This document shows positions 17,208 to 26,383 of a stretch of DNA of 63,219 nucleotides, in pieces. The stretch comes from Chloroflexota bacterium (lineage in GTDB: Bacteria; Chloroflexota; Limnocylindria; Limnocylindrales; CSP1-4): positions 1 through 63,219 of the forward strand of contig JADGQK010000005.1 of the NCBI GenBank assembly GCA_017881915.1. The letters run 5' to 3'. Each line of letters opens with the position of its first letter. Positions within the stretch are counted from its first letter, which is position 1. The notes under the pieces were generated by a model. That model was not told where the DNA came from, did not search any database, and saw only the letters and a program-made list of their open reading frames with translations. The position numbers and the translations under genes were made by a program.

Positions 17208-18397
17208 TGCGGATCGCTCGGCGACAGCGCCTCGTCGATCGCCACCCTGATCGCGCGGGCCCCGGCCTGGGCGCCTCCGGGATGCCCCTGGATCGCGCCG
17301 CCGACACCCAGGATGACGTCGATTCCCGACTGCTGGACCAGCGGCCCGATCATCGCGGCGGTCACGCCGCCGGCGAGCATGGGCATGGCCGGCTTGAGCT
17401 TCCCTCTCGGCTCAGCCAGCCACCTGAGCGTCTGTTCATAGACGCGACGCGGAGTCGAGCGAGCGTACGGCGTGGTCGTGAACACGGCATCCGCTCCGGC
17501 CAGGCGGAGCAGCTTCCCGAACAGGACGGCCTGCCCGATCCCCGTGCTGACGGCTCCGGTAAACACCTCCGCGGCGGCGGTGTGGACCAGGATCGGCACG
17601 CCAAGCTCGCTTTCGACGAGCGCCTGGAACGGATCCAGCCCGACCACGAGCGCATTGACCATGACCGCGTCCGCGCCGCCATCGACGGCCGCCCGGGCGG
17701 TATCGACGAGACGGATCGACCGGTCGGTGACGTTGGCGATGTACCTGGCCCGCTGGCCGGTCTCCTCCGCCACGCGGTCCAGCCGCTCGCGGTACACCCG
17801 CGAGCGCTCGGCAACCCGGTTGAACGGCGCATCCCCGAGCAGCTCGTCATCCTTGATCAGGTCGGCCCCGCCGCGCGCGGTCTGCTCGAGCAGGTTGGCT
17901 CCGACCTTCGGCGAGTACCCCGTACATGGCTTGATCATGTTCAGGAGCAGGGGCCGGTGCCAGACGCCGGTCGTCTGTCGCCAGCCGGCCACGCCCCACT
18001 GCGGCCCGGGAAAGGCTGCCTCGTAGGACGCCGGCAGGTCGATGTCGACGAGTCGGGCGGTCAGCGACGTCGAAGGGTCATTGCCGACGAGCGTGGTCAG
18101 CATCATCGGGAACTGCGGCCCGAAGTTCTCGGTTGGGAAGGCGACCCGCAGGAGCCAGCGAGAGCCGATCGATTCCCCGCCGACCTCGCCCGCCGGCGGA
18201 CCATGGCCAACCTCGACCACCCGGGCTCCGTGCTGGCGGCGCATCCTCGGGCTGATCCCGGGCACGGGCACCCACGTGCCGATGCTCTGACCCGTGGCGA
18301 ACGCGTCGGCCGCCTCCGTCACGTGGTCGGCAGGTAGCTCGGCCAGGTACGTCGCCACGAGTTCCTGCCGCTCACGCCGTGCGGTCATGCTCTCCAC
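17204..18397 (-). CDS. RuBisCO large-subunit-like protein (form IV, RLP)
   Basis: GGADLIKDDELL matches the RuBisCO GxDFxKDDE carbamate/metal motif. NMIKPCTG corresponds to IKPKLG with the second Lys replaced by Cys. ILVHTAAA corresponds to the HIHRA block, with Thr at the position that appears to correspond to the Arg. MLAGG…ILGVGGAIQGHPGG corresponds to the C-terminal phosphate-binding loops. There is no small-subunit gene and no PRK gene nearby. Confidence 0.85.
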   Translation of the reverse strand: MESMTARRERQELVATYLAELPADHVTEAADAFATGQSIGTWVPVPGISPRMRRQHGARVVEVGHGPPAGEVGGESIGSRWLLRVAFPTENFGPQFPMMLTTLVGNDPSTSLTARLVDIDLPASYEAAFPGPQWGVAGWRQTTGVWHRPLLLNMIKPCTGYSPKVGANLLEQTARGGADLIKDDELLGDAPFNRVAERSRVYRERLDRVAEETGQRARYIANVTDRSIRLVDTARAAVDGGADAVMVNALVVGLDPFQALVESELGVPILVHTAAAEVFTGAVSTGIGQAVLFGKLLRLAGADAVFTTTPYARSTPRRVYEQTLRWLAEPRGKLKPAMPMLAGGVTAAMIGPLVQQSGIDVILGVGGAIQGHPGGAQAGARAIRVAIDEALSPSDPQ

Positions 18398-18439
18398 TTC
18401 CGTGATGTCGCACCTGGGACGCCCGAGCGCGGATTTGTC

Positions 18440-19198
18440 CTAGTGCATCCCGCGCCCACCGGCGACGATCAACAGCTCGCCGGTGATGAAGTCGGCATCG
18501 GTCGAGGCCAGGAACGCGGCCGAAGCGGCAACGTCCGCAGGTGTGCCCCAGCGCCCCAGCGCCGTCTCGGCGAGGATCCGTTCGTGCACCTCCGGGTCAA
18601 TGTCTTCCATCATGTCGGTCCTGATCCAGCCCGGGCAGATGGCATTGACCCTGATGTGCGGCCCGAGGGCGAGCGCCATCGCCTTGGTCAGGCCGTTCAT
18701 GCCGGCCTTCGAGGTGACGTACTCGGTGAAGCGCATCGCCGAAGGGTGGTACAGGCCCGAGTTCGACGAGATGTTGATGATCGTGCCGGACTGCTGCGCC
18801 AGCATGATCGGGGCGACCTCCTTCGAGCACAGGTAGGCGCCCTTCAGGTTGATGTCGATCGTCCGGTCCCAGTCATCCTCGGTTGTCTCCAGGACGCCCT
18901 TGGTGACCATCACCCCCGCGTTGTTGACGAGGATGTCGATCCGCCCGAAGCGTTCCATGGTGGCCCGAACGAGGCGCTGGACATCGCCGCTCCTTGACAC
19001 GTCGGCCTGGACCGTGAGGGCGCCAACCCCCGCGGCCTCGATCGCCCGGGCGGCCGCGGCGGCCTCCGGCTCCTTCGAGACGTAGTTAATGGTGACGGCG
19101 GCGCCCTCGTCAGCGAAACGCTGGGCGATGGCCAGGCCGATCCCGCGGGATGAGCCGGTCACGATTGCGACCTTGCCCGCCAGTCGTTGCTCGCTCAT
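18440..19198 (-). CDS. SDR family oxidoreductase (FabG-like)
   Basis: The signatures AGKVAIVTGSSRGIGLAIA, NNAG and S…YVTSK are present. Confidence 0.9.
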   Translation of the reverse strand: MSEQRLAGKVAIVTGSSRGIGLAIAQRFADEGAAVTINYVSKEPEAAAAARAIEAAGVGALTVQADVSRSGDVQRLVRATMERFGRIDILVNNAGVMVTKGVLETTEDDWDRTIDINLKGAYLCSKEVAPIMLAQQSGTIINISSNSGLYHPSAMRFTEYVTSKAGMNGLTKAMALALGPHIRVNAICPGWIRTDMMEDIDPEVHERILAETALGRWGTPADVAASAAFLASTDADFITGELLIVAGGRGMH

Positions 19199-19216
19199 GG
19201 TGCTTCCTCCTAGGGT

Positions 19217-20212
19217 TCAGGTGCCGGCCGCGGCTCCGGACTGGACCACAGAGCGCACGCCCGCCACGATGTCATCGACCTGCGGGACGGATGCTTTCTC
19301 GAGTCCGAGGTTGAACGGGATCGTCGTGTTCCAGCCGGCCACCCGCACGATCGGAGCGCGGAGATGGTCGAAGGCCCGCTCGGCCACGATCGCCGCGACG
19401 TCGCTGCCCACGCCACCCCGCTTGATCGCCTCCTGGGCGATCACCAGCCGGCCGGTCCGGCGCACCGAGTCGAGCACGCAGTCGACATCCATGGGCACGA
19501 GCGTCCGCAGGTCGATGACCTCGGTGGAGATCCCTTCTGCGGCGAGCAGCTCGGCCGCCTGCAGGCTCTTCACGACCATGTGCGACCAGGCGACCAGGGT
19601 GACGTCCGATCCCGAGCGCTTGATGTCGGCCTGGCCGAGCGGAATGAGATAGTCCTCGGCGGGAACCTCGCCGTCGGTCATGTACAGCAGCTTGTGCTCG
19701 ATGAAGATCACCGGGTCATCGTCGCGGATGGCGGACTTCAACAGGCCCTTGGCATCGCGGGGGGTCGCGGGCATGACCACCTTCAGCCCCGGCACGTGGT
19801 AGTACAGCGCCTCGAGGCTCTGCGAGTGCTGGCCGGCCAGCGAGTTCCCGGTCCCGCCCTGGGTGCGCACGACGAGTGGGACGCGGCCCTCTCCGCCGGA
19901 CATGAAGCGGTATTTGGCTGCCTGGTTGACCACCTGGTCCATCGCCTGCAAGAGGAAGTCGATGAACAGGATCTCCACGACCGGGCGCTGGCCTGCGATC
20001 GCCGCTCCGGCGCCAAGCCCGACGAAGCCGGCCTCGCTCAAGGGCGTGTCGATGACCCGGCCCGGACCGAACTGGGCAAGGAGCCCCTCGGTGACCTTGT
20101 ATGAGCCGCCCCGCTCACCGATCCCCTCGCCAACGCAGAACACGGTCGCATCGCGTTCCATCTCTTCCTGAAGAGCGGCCCGGAGGGCCTCCCGGTATTT
20201 CATCGTGACCAT
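19217..20212 (-). CDS. TPP-dependent 2-oxoacid/acetoin dehydrogenase E1 component, beta subunit
   Basis: MVTMKYREALRAALQEEMERDATVFCVGEGIG…GRVIDTPLSEAGFVGLGAGAA..G.RPVVE… is a typical E1-beta / transketolase pyrimidine-binding and C-terminal domain. The start is set at the internal Met with an upstream GGAAGGA SD. Confidence 0.9.
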   Translation of the reverse strand: MVTMKYREALRAALQEEMERDATVFCVGEGIGERGGSYKVTEGLLAQFGPGRVIDTPLSEAGFVGLGAGAAIAGQRPVVEILFIDFLLQAMDQVVNQAAKYRFMSGGEGRVPLVVRTQGGTGNSLAGQHSQSLEALYYHVPGLKVVMPATPRDAKGLLKSAIRDDDPVIFIEHKLLYMTDGEVPAEDYLIPLGQADIKRSGSDVTLVAWSHMVVKSLQAAELLAAEGISTEVIDLRTLVPMDVDCVLDSVRRTGRLVIAQEAIKRGGVGSDVAAIVAERAFDHLRAPIVRVAGWNTTIPFNLGLEKASVPQVDDIVAGVRSVVQSGAAAGT

Positions 20213-20285
20213 GTTCCTTCCGGCTCGGGTGAGCCGACGGGCCGGCTGCCTCGTCCGTCGGCGCTGGTCTGGACGGAGGTCGGCG

Positions 20286-21248
20286 CTACAGCGTCGCGAC
20301 CTCCGCAAGAAAGTCTTCGACCGATGGGTTCGGGCTGGCAGTGGCGAACTCGACGGCCTCGTCGATCAGGCGCTCGACCCGTTCGTCGATCAGCGTGATG
20401 GCGGCTTCGTCGACACCGGCCCGGGCGAGGCGGGCGCGGAGCACGATCAGGGGGTCGTGGGCCTTCCAGCGCTGGAGCTCCTCGGGCGGCAGGTAGAGGC
20501 CCGGGTCGTTCACGTGGTGGCCACCATGGCGGTAGGTCAGGCACTCGACCAGCGACGGCCCCTCGCCGGCTCGCGCTCGACGCAGGGGTTCCTGCATCGC
20601 GCCGTAGACGATCGCGGCATCGTTGCCGTCGACGGTCACCCCGGGCATGCCATAGCCGGCGGCGCGCTGGGACAGGTGTTCGACGCGGGCCGAGTCCCGG
20701 ATCGGAGTGGAGACGGCGTACTGGTTGTTCTCCAGGACGAAGATCACGGGGAGGTCCCAGATCGCTGCCAGGTTCATCGATTCGTGCCAGATGCCGTTGG
20801 CCGACGAGCCGTCGCTGCAGAATGCCACGACGACTTCGGGACCTTCTCGCTGCTTGATCGCGAGCGCCGCCCCAGCGGCAATCGCCAGTCCGCCACCGAC
20901 GATGCCGTTCGCCCCGAGGTTCCGGACCGATCGACTCGCGACGTGCATCGATCCGCCCCGCCCCCGGCAGTACCCGGACTCCTTGCCGAACAGCTCCGCC
21001 ATCATCCGCCTGGGCTCGTGCCCCTTCGCCAGCGCATGCCCGTGACCGCGATGGGTGCTCACGATGTAGTCATCGGGCTCGATGGCGGCCATCGCACCGA
21101 CTGCGATCGCCTCCTCGCCCAGGTAGGGATGGAAGTAGCCGCGGATGTTCCCCAGGCGGTACTGCGCGATGGCCTGTTGCTCGAACCTTCGGATCGTCTC
21201 CGTCATCTCGTACATGGACAGGAGCAGGTCCGCCCCGATCTCGCTCAT
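20286..21248 (-). CDS. TPP-dependent 2-oxoacid/acetoin dehydrogenase E1 component, alpha subunit
   Basis: The E1-alpha TPP-binding pattern is present: …RRFEQQAIAQYRLGNIRGYFHPYLGEEAIAVG…STHRGHGHALAKG…GSMH…FCSDGSSANGIWHESMNLAAIWDLPVIFVLENNQYA. Confidence 0.9.
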   Translation of the reverse strand: MSEIGADLLLSMYEMTETIRRFEQQAIAQYRLGNIRGYFHPYLGEEAIAVGAMAAIEPDDYIVSTHRGHGHALAKGHEPRRMMAELFGKESGYCRGRGGSMHVASRSVRNLGANGIVGGGLAIAAGAALAIKQREGPEVVVAFCSDGSSANGIWHESMNLAAIWDLPVIFVLENNQYAVSTPIRDSARVEHLSQRAAGYGMPGVTVDGNDAAIVYGAMQEPLRRARAGEGPSLVECLTYRHGGHHVNDPGLYLPPEELQRWKAHDPLIVLRARLARAGVDEAAITLIDERVERLIDEAVEFATASPNPSVEDFLAEVATL

Positions 21249-21281
21249 TGTTCGATGGTCTCCCTTGCGCTCGCGAATTGA

Positions 21282-22220
21282 TCAGTATTCGGGAACGACC
21301 CGGCCGGCCATCACGTCCAGCTGGATCTGCTCCACCTCTGCGCCGTCGATCGAGGCGGTGACCGCGCCGAGCACGCCGGCGTCGACGCTCCGCCCGACAA
21401 GCACCGCCCGCGTGTCCCGATCACCGACCCGTTCGCGAACGGCCGGCGAGAGCGGCCGATCAAGCACCCCGTCGGGCCACCTGACCCGCATCTCGTCGAT
21501 CGTCCACACGGCGGCATCGCCGTGCCCTTCCCCAAGCAGCCGGGCGATCTGGACGCCCATGGCCGGCAGCAGGTGAACATCGGCCCCGCTGAATTCCAGG
21601 GAAGTCAGGAGTTGCTGGTCGGCCGAATGGCGGTCGACGATGACCCGCAGCGGGTGCGAGTCCGTTCCCGTCGACGTATAGAACACCCGGTGCCCGGTGT
21701 TGTAGGTGAGCGGCGGGAGTTCGACGACGACCGAATCATCCGGACTGCACAGCTCCCCGGCTGCGAAGCTCGACATCGCGGCGAGGTGGCAGCGTCCTTC
21801 GCGAACTGCCTGAAGACGCTGTCGGGATCCCCGCACGAAGACGAGGAATACCTCCATCGACTCCCGGGTGAGGATCTGCTTGATCGCGGTCGCGAGCGCC
21901 TCGTAGCGCGGCGACGACGCGAGCGGCAGGGCGATGACGAGCGGCCGCCCGTTCTCCGCGACGGCCCACAGCCGACTGAGCGACCGCCCGATCATGAAGG
22001 CTCCCCGGCGCCCTCGCGTCTCGATGTCGACCGTCCCGGCCTCCTCGAGCCGCCCGATCGCGAAATGGATCGACGAAAGGCTCGAGTGATGCTGGCGGGC
22101 AAGCTCCCGGACCGTCGGCAGTCGGGTCGGTGGCTCGGCCGCGGTCAGGAACTGTCGAGCGAGGGCTGGCACGATGTCGGCGACGGCTCGAGACCGATTG
22201 CGTTCGTAATTGCCAAACAC
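21282..22220 (-). CDS. YhfZ-like transcriptional regulator (GntR-type wHTH with a YhfZ C-terminal domain)
   Basis: ADIVPALARQFLTAAEPPTRLPTVRELARQHHSSLSSIHFAIGRLEEAGTVDIETRGRRGAFMIG aligns by eye with the N-terminus of E. coli YhfZ (…LARYLLGEK…LKTIDELA.E.RSSVG…AL..LE..GAI.IE.RGR.G…). The start is set at the GTG at 22220 (313 aa); upstream of that the long ORF is non-homologous. Confidence 0.7.
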   Translation of the reverse strand: MFGNYERNRSRAVADIVPALARQFLTAAEPPTRLPTVRELARQHHSSLSSIHFAIGRLEEAGTVDIETRGRRGAFMIGRSLSRLWAVAENGRPLVIALPLASSPRYEALATAIKQILTRESMEVFLVFVRGSRQRLQAVREGRCHLAAMSSFAAGELCSPDDSVVVELPPLTYNTGHRVFYTSTGTDSHPLRVIVDRHSADQQLLTSLEFSGADVHLLPAMGVQIARLLGEGHGDAAVWTIDEMRVRWPDGVLDRPLSPAVRERVGDRDTRAVLVGRSVDAGVLGAVTASIDGAEVEQIQLDVMAGRVVPEY

Positions 22221-22657
22221 AATCCGAGGATACGCCCTGAGCGTCCGGGGGTCCAGTCCTCGATGATCGGGAGCTCGGAGAATGTCAGCGCTGGGCACCG
22301 AGTGGCGACCTCGACACCCTTCTCGGCTCGGGTCCCCGCGCTTGACATGCCAGCCTACAATTCCTTTGTTCTGAACTCCGAAACAGAGACCGTGGAGGCG
22401 GCGACGCGTGGTCAGCCGAGTCACGGCCCGCCCGAACTCTGGTGAGGCCGGGAGTGGTCACGCGCCAAGTCACAGGCGGACCGGCACACCCAGGATCGGG
22501 AACGGACGGTTACTGGCCGGATCCCGAGCCGTCCAGCTCAGGTGCTCTCCAACCGCACGTCATCCGTCGGGGTAGGCGGGCGGGGAGCCGTCGGACTCAG
22601 GGCACCGGCCAAACTCAGATCGCCCAGAGTCGAACGAATCGCAAAGGAGCCACGTAC

Positions 22658-23425
22658 ATGGAAAAGCGCTTCGTGGGCAAGGTTGCCCTGGTTACCGGCG
22701 CGACGAGCGGGATCGGGCAGGCCACGGCCGTCCGCCTCGCGGCCGAGGGGGCCGTCGTGGGCGTGAACCAGCGCCCGACGGGCGATCCCAGTGTCACCCT
22801 GCAGTTGATCAAGGATGCCGGCGGCGAGGCGTTCCCGGTGATCGCAGACATGCGCGTTCCGGCGCAGGTGATCGCGATGGTCCACGAGGTCGCCGAGAAG
22901 GCTGGCCGGCTCGACTACCTCGTGTCCAATGCAGCGATCAATCCATTCATGCCCTGGGACAAGACCACTGTCGAGGACTGGGACGAGCTCTGCGAGACGA
23001 ACCTGCGCGGGACCTGGGTGGTCACCACAGAGGCCGCCAAGCAGATGGTCAAGGAGGGCCACGGCGGCGCCATCTGCTGCGTCAGCTCCATTTCGGCCCA
23101 CGTTGGTTCGCCGTTCCAGACCGCGTACTGCGCGACCAAGGGCGGGATCTCCATGTGGGCGAAGGCCCTCGGGTCTGTCGTGGGTGTCCATGGGATCCGG
23201 GTCAATGCGGTCGAGCCAGGCTGGGTGCTGACGAAGATGGCGGCCCCGATGTTCGACGATCCGGCCGCCGTGAAGTACTACGAGGAGCGGATCGCGCTGC
23301 ATCGGCCGGCCGAGCCGAGTGAGCTGGCCGCAACCATCGCGTTCCTGCTGTCCGATGACTCGACCTACGTGACGTCCGCAACGCTGCTCGTCGACGCCGG
23401 CTTTATCGTCAACGCGGAGCTGTAG
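22658..23425 (+). CDS. SDR family oxidoreductase
   Basis: MEKRFVGKVALVTGATSGIGQA, NAA and S…YCATK are present. An AAGGAG SD lies 8 nt upstream of the ATG at 22658. Confidence 0.9.
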   Translation: MEKRFVGKVALVTGATSGIGQATAVRLAAEGAVVGVNQRPTGDPSVTLQLIKDAGGEAFPVIADMRVPAQVIAMVHEVAEKAGRLDYLVSNAAINPFMPWDKTTVEDWDELCETNLRGTWVVTTEAAKQMVKEGHGGAICCVSSISAHVGSPFQTAYCATKGGISMWAKALGSVVGVHGIRVNAVEPGWVLTKMAAPMFDDPAAVKYYEERIALHRPAEPSELAATIAFLLSDDSTYVTSATLLVDAGFIVNAEL

Positions 23426-23457
23426 GGCTTCGGGCGCCCACGAGGAGGGTTCTGTAC

Positions 23458-23721
23458 GTGGCTGTGAAAGTCGTCATGCCCCAGGCGGGCCAGGACCTGG
23501 AGACCGGGACGGTCAAGCTCTGGCTCAAGGCCGTGGGCGACACCGTGGCCAAGGGCGAGTCGATCGTCCAGATCGAGACGGAGAAGATCACCCTCGATGT
23601 CGAGGCGCCGGCCGCGGGGGTCCTCCTGAAGATCCTCGTCCCGGATGAGACGGAGACAGCGATCTTCTCCACGATTGCGATCATCGGCCAGCCGGACGAG
23701 GACATCTCCGGTATCGAGTAG
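23458..23721 (+). CDS. Stand-alone biotinyl/lipoyl attachment domain protein (E2 N-terminal lipoyl-domain-like)
   Basis: The 87-aa product reads VKVVMPQAGQDLETGTVKLWLKAVGDTVAKGESIVQIETEKITLDVEAPAAGVLLKI. ETEK occupies the position of the lipoyl-lysine motif ETDKA. The ORF stops right after the domain, with no linker, PSBD or catalytic domain. Confidence 0.8.
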   Translation: MAVKVVMPQAGQDLETGTVKLWLKAVGDTVAKGESIVQIETEKITLDVEAPAAGVLLKILVPDETETAIFSTIAIIGQPDEDISGIE

Positions 23722-23729
23722 GGCGTCAT

Positions 23730-23753
23730 GCCCGACTGTCAGGGCAGTCGGGC
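23730..23753. terminator. Stem-loop between convergent genes (candidate bidirectional terminator)
   Basis: GCCCGACTG-tcaggg-CAGTCGGGC forms a perfect 9-bp stem. It lies between the lipoyl-domain gene stop (23721) and the ABC ATPase stop (23768). There is no clear U-tract. Confidence 0.45.
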
Positions 23754-23767
23754 CGCCCAGCTGGCCG

Positions 23768-25303
23768 CTACTCCTGAACGGCTCGAGATAGCGCCTCTTC
23801 CGACAGGTCGCCGGCGGCGGAACGCTCGAGGACGGCGCGCACGGCGTGATCCCGCATGACGAGGACCCGGTCGGCCAATCCGCTGAGCACCTCCAACTCC
23901 GACGAGACCAGCATGACGCCTGTGCCGTGCGCTGCCAGCTCGCGCACCTCCATGAGGATCTCGCGCTTCGAACCGACATCGACGCCGACCGTGGGGTCGT
24001 CGAGGAGCAGGACCCTCGGTGAGGCCGACAGGTTCTTGGCGACAACGACTTTCTGCTGGTTGCCTCCCGACAGGGTCTTCACCGGCGGCTGGAGCCCCTG
24101 CGTGCGGATGCGGAGCTGCTCCACGAAGGAGCCGGCGGCGGTGTTCGCGGCGCGGTCGTCGACGAAGCCGCCGCGCGCATAGCGGGTCCAGGAGGCCATC
24201 AGGATGTTGTGGCCGACGGAGTGCTCCCGTACCAGGCCGGCCCTCCCCCGGTCCTCGGGGACCAGGGCGATCCCGACGCGCAGGGCGTCGGCCGGGTTGC
24301 GGATGTGGGCCGGGCGGCCGCGGAGCTCGACCGTCCCCGCATCCAGCCGGTCGATCCCGAAGATCGCCCGCAGGAGCTCGCTCTTTCCGCTGCCGAGGAG
24401 ACCGGCGACCCCGAGGATCTCGCCCGCCCAGAGCTCGCAGGACACGTCATGGACGCGGCTGTTGCGCAGGCCGGCGACCCGTAGAAGCGGCGGCCCCGTG
24501 CGATCCACGTCGCGTGCCTGGTAGGCGAGTGCGCTCTCGAGCGACTTGCCGAGCATCGCCTCGATCATGGTCGAGAGGGTCACCTCGGAGGTCGGCCCGG
24601 AGAGCGTGACGTTGCCGTCGCGCAGCACCGTGACCCGGTCGCAGATGTCCACGACCTCGTTGAGGTGGTGCGAGATGAAGACGACGGAGATGCCGTGCGT
24701 CGTGAGGTTGCGGATGGCTTGGCTCAGCGACTGGATCTCCGTCGCGGAGAGGGAGGCCGTGGGCTCGTCGAGGATGAGGATGCTCGCGTCCTGGGAGATC
24801 GCCTTGGCGATCTCCACGAGCTGACGCGATCCGACCGGCAGGTCCTCGACCAGGCGGTCCGGGTCGATGTCCGCCCCGACCCGGGCGAGGGCCGCCTGCG
24901 CGCGTCGTCGCACCTCGCGGTCGTCGATCAGTCCGCTCCGGCCGGTGGGCTCACGGGCGAGGAGGATGTTCTGGCCCACCGACATCGATGTGATGAGGCT
25001 GAACTCCTGGAACACCATGGCGATGGCGCGCTTGCCGGCCTCATCCCGGCCCCGCACGACTGCCGGCGTCCCGTTGATCTCCAACTCCCCGGCGTCGCCC
25101 GCGTAGACCCCGTTGAGGATCTTGACCAGCGTGGACTTGCCAGCGCCGTTCTGGCCGACGAGCCCATGCACCTCGCCGCGGTGCAGGGTGAAGTCGACGC
25201 CGTGGAGGACCTCGACCCCGTGGAACGACTTGCGCACGCCGCGCGCGGCCAGCGCGACCGGTCCCGTCGTCGGGCCGACGGGCGCCGTGGGCGAGGCGGT
25301 CAT
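23768..25303 (-). CDS. Sugar ABC transporter ATP-binding protein (CUT2 family, duplicated ATPase, RbsA/LsrA-like)
   Basis: The 511-aa product has two ABC cassettes: Walker A GQNGAGKST, the signatures LSATE…/LSGGNQQK, and the Walker B motifs ILILDEPT and VLLLDDPT. Confidence 0.9.
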   Translation of the reverse strand: MTASPTAPVGPTTGPVALAARGVRKSFHGVEVLHGVDFTLHRGEVHGLVGQNGAGKSTLVKILNGVYAGDAGELEINGTPAVVRGRDEAGKRAIAMVFQEFSLITSMSVGQNILLAREPTGRSGLIDDREVRRRAQAALARVGADIDPDRLVEDLPVGSRQLVEIAKAISQDASILILDEPTASLSATEIQSLSQAIRNLTTHGISVVFISHHLNEVVDICDRVTVLRDGNVTLSGPTSEVTLSTMIEAMLGKSLESALAYQARDVDRTGPPLLRVAGLRNSRVHDVSCELWAGEILGVAGLLGSGKSELLRAIFGIDRLDAGTVELRGRPAHIRNPADALRVGIALVPEDRGRAGLVREHSVGHNILMASWTRYARGGFVDDRAANTAAGSFVEQLRIRTQGLQPPVKTLSGGNQQKVVVAKNLSASPRVLLLDDPTVGVDVGSKREILMEVRELAAHGTGVMLVSSELEVLSGLADRVLVMRDHAVRAVLERSAAGDLSEEALSRAVQE

Positions 25304-25308
25304 CGCCG

Positions 25309-26292
25309 CTACCCCTCCGGCGCTTCGCGGAGGCTCAGGGCCACGGCGACGATGATGATGACGCCGCGGGCGATGTCCTGCTCGGTGATCGAGAAGCCCA
25401 TCAGGATCAGGCCGTTGTTCAGGACGCCCATGACCAGCGAGCCGAGGAGGGCGCCCATGATCGAACCGCGCCCGCCGGCCATGCTCGTGCCCCCGATCAC
25501 GGCGGCCGCGATGACCGTGAGCAGGTCAGTCTCGCCGAGGGTGTACCGGGCGCTGTGCAGGCGACCGACGTACAGCAGCCCGGCGAGCGACGCGGTCACC
25601 GAGCAGATGACCAGCGACGCGATCCGGATGCGGGCCGTGTTGATCCCCGAGTAGCGCGCCGCGATCCGGTTGCCGCCCGTAGCCAGGAGCTGGCGCCCGA
25701 ACGTTGTCTTGCGGTACACGAGATGGGCGACGAGGAGAACTGCAATGGTCCACACGAACAGCGTCGGGAAGGGCCCGATGTTGCCGGACCCGAAGACGAA
25801 CGTGTAGTTATCGTCCAGGACGGGCACCGGCTGGAGGTTGGTGATCCAGCGCGAGAGGCCGCCGATGATCCCGCCCATGCCCAGCGTGATGAGGAACGAG
25901 GGAACCCGGAGCTTGGTCGTCAGCAGGCCGTTGGTGAGCCCTGTGATGACTCCCACGGACAGGCCGGCCGGCACCGCGACGAGCGCGTTCATGTCGCGCA
26001 GGAGGACGGCCGTGACCATGGCGGTCAGCGCGACGACCTGTCCGATCGAGAGGTCGATTTCCCCGGCCGACAGGGCGAAGGTCGTGCCGAAGGCCATCAC
26101 CGAGACGAAGGCGGTCTGGCGCAGCACGTTGAGCTGGTTGTCGATGGTCAGGAACCCGTTGTCGCGCAGGGTGACGGCGAAGAACAGGAAGATGCCGACG
26201 AAGCCGATGTAGACGACCGCGCCGCTCGGCAGGCGCCGCGGGATCCGCAGCCGCCCCCTACCCGGGACGACTGCGCTCTGCCCGTCGCTCAT
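25309..26292 (-). CDS. Sugar ABC transporter permease (RbsC/BPD_transp_2 family)
   Basis: The 327-aa polytopic membrane protein contains …EIDLSIGQVVAL…, typical of CUT2 permeases. Confidence 0.9.
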   Translation of the reverse strand: MSDGQSAVVPGRGRLRIPRRLPSGAVVYIGFVGIFLFFAVTLRDNGFLTIDNQLNVLRQTAFVSVMAFGTTFALSAGEIDLSIGQVVALTAMVTAVLLRDMNALVAVPAGLSVGVITGLTNGLLTTKLRVPSFLITLGMGGIIGGLSRWITNLQPVPVLDDNYTFVFGSGNIGPFPTLFVWTIAVLLVAHLVYRKTTFGRQLLATGGNRIAARYSGINTARIRIASLVICSVTASLAGLLYVGRLHSARYTLGETDLLTVIAAAVIGGTSMAGGRGSIMGALLGSLVMGVLNNGLILMGFSITEQDIARGVIIIVAVALSLREAPEG

Positions 26293-26383
26293 GTGCTACC
26301 ACTCCTGCGCAAGGACGCGAGAGCGCGCGCGGACCTGGTTCGGTCCGCGCGCGCCGTCATGACCCGATCGGTCGGTGGACGGT

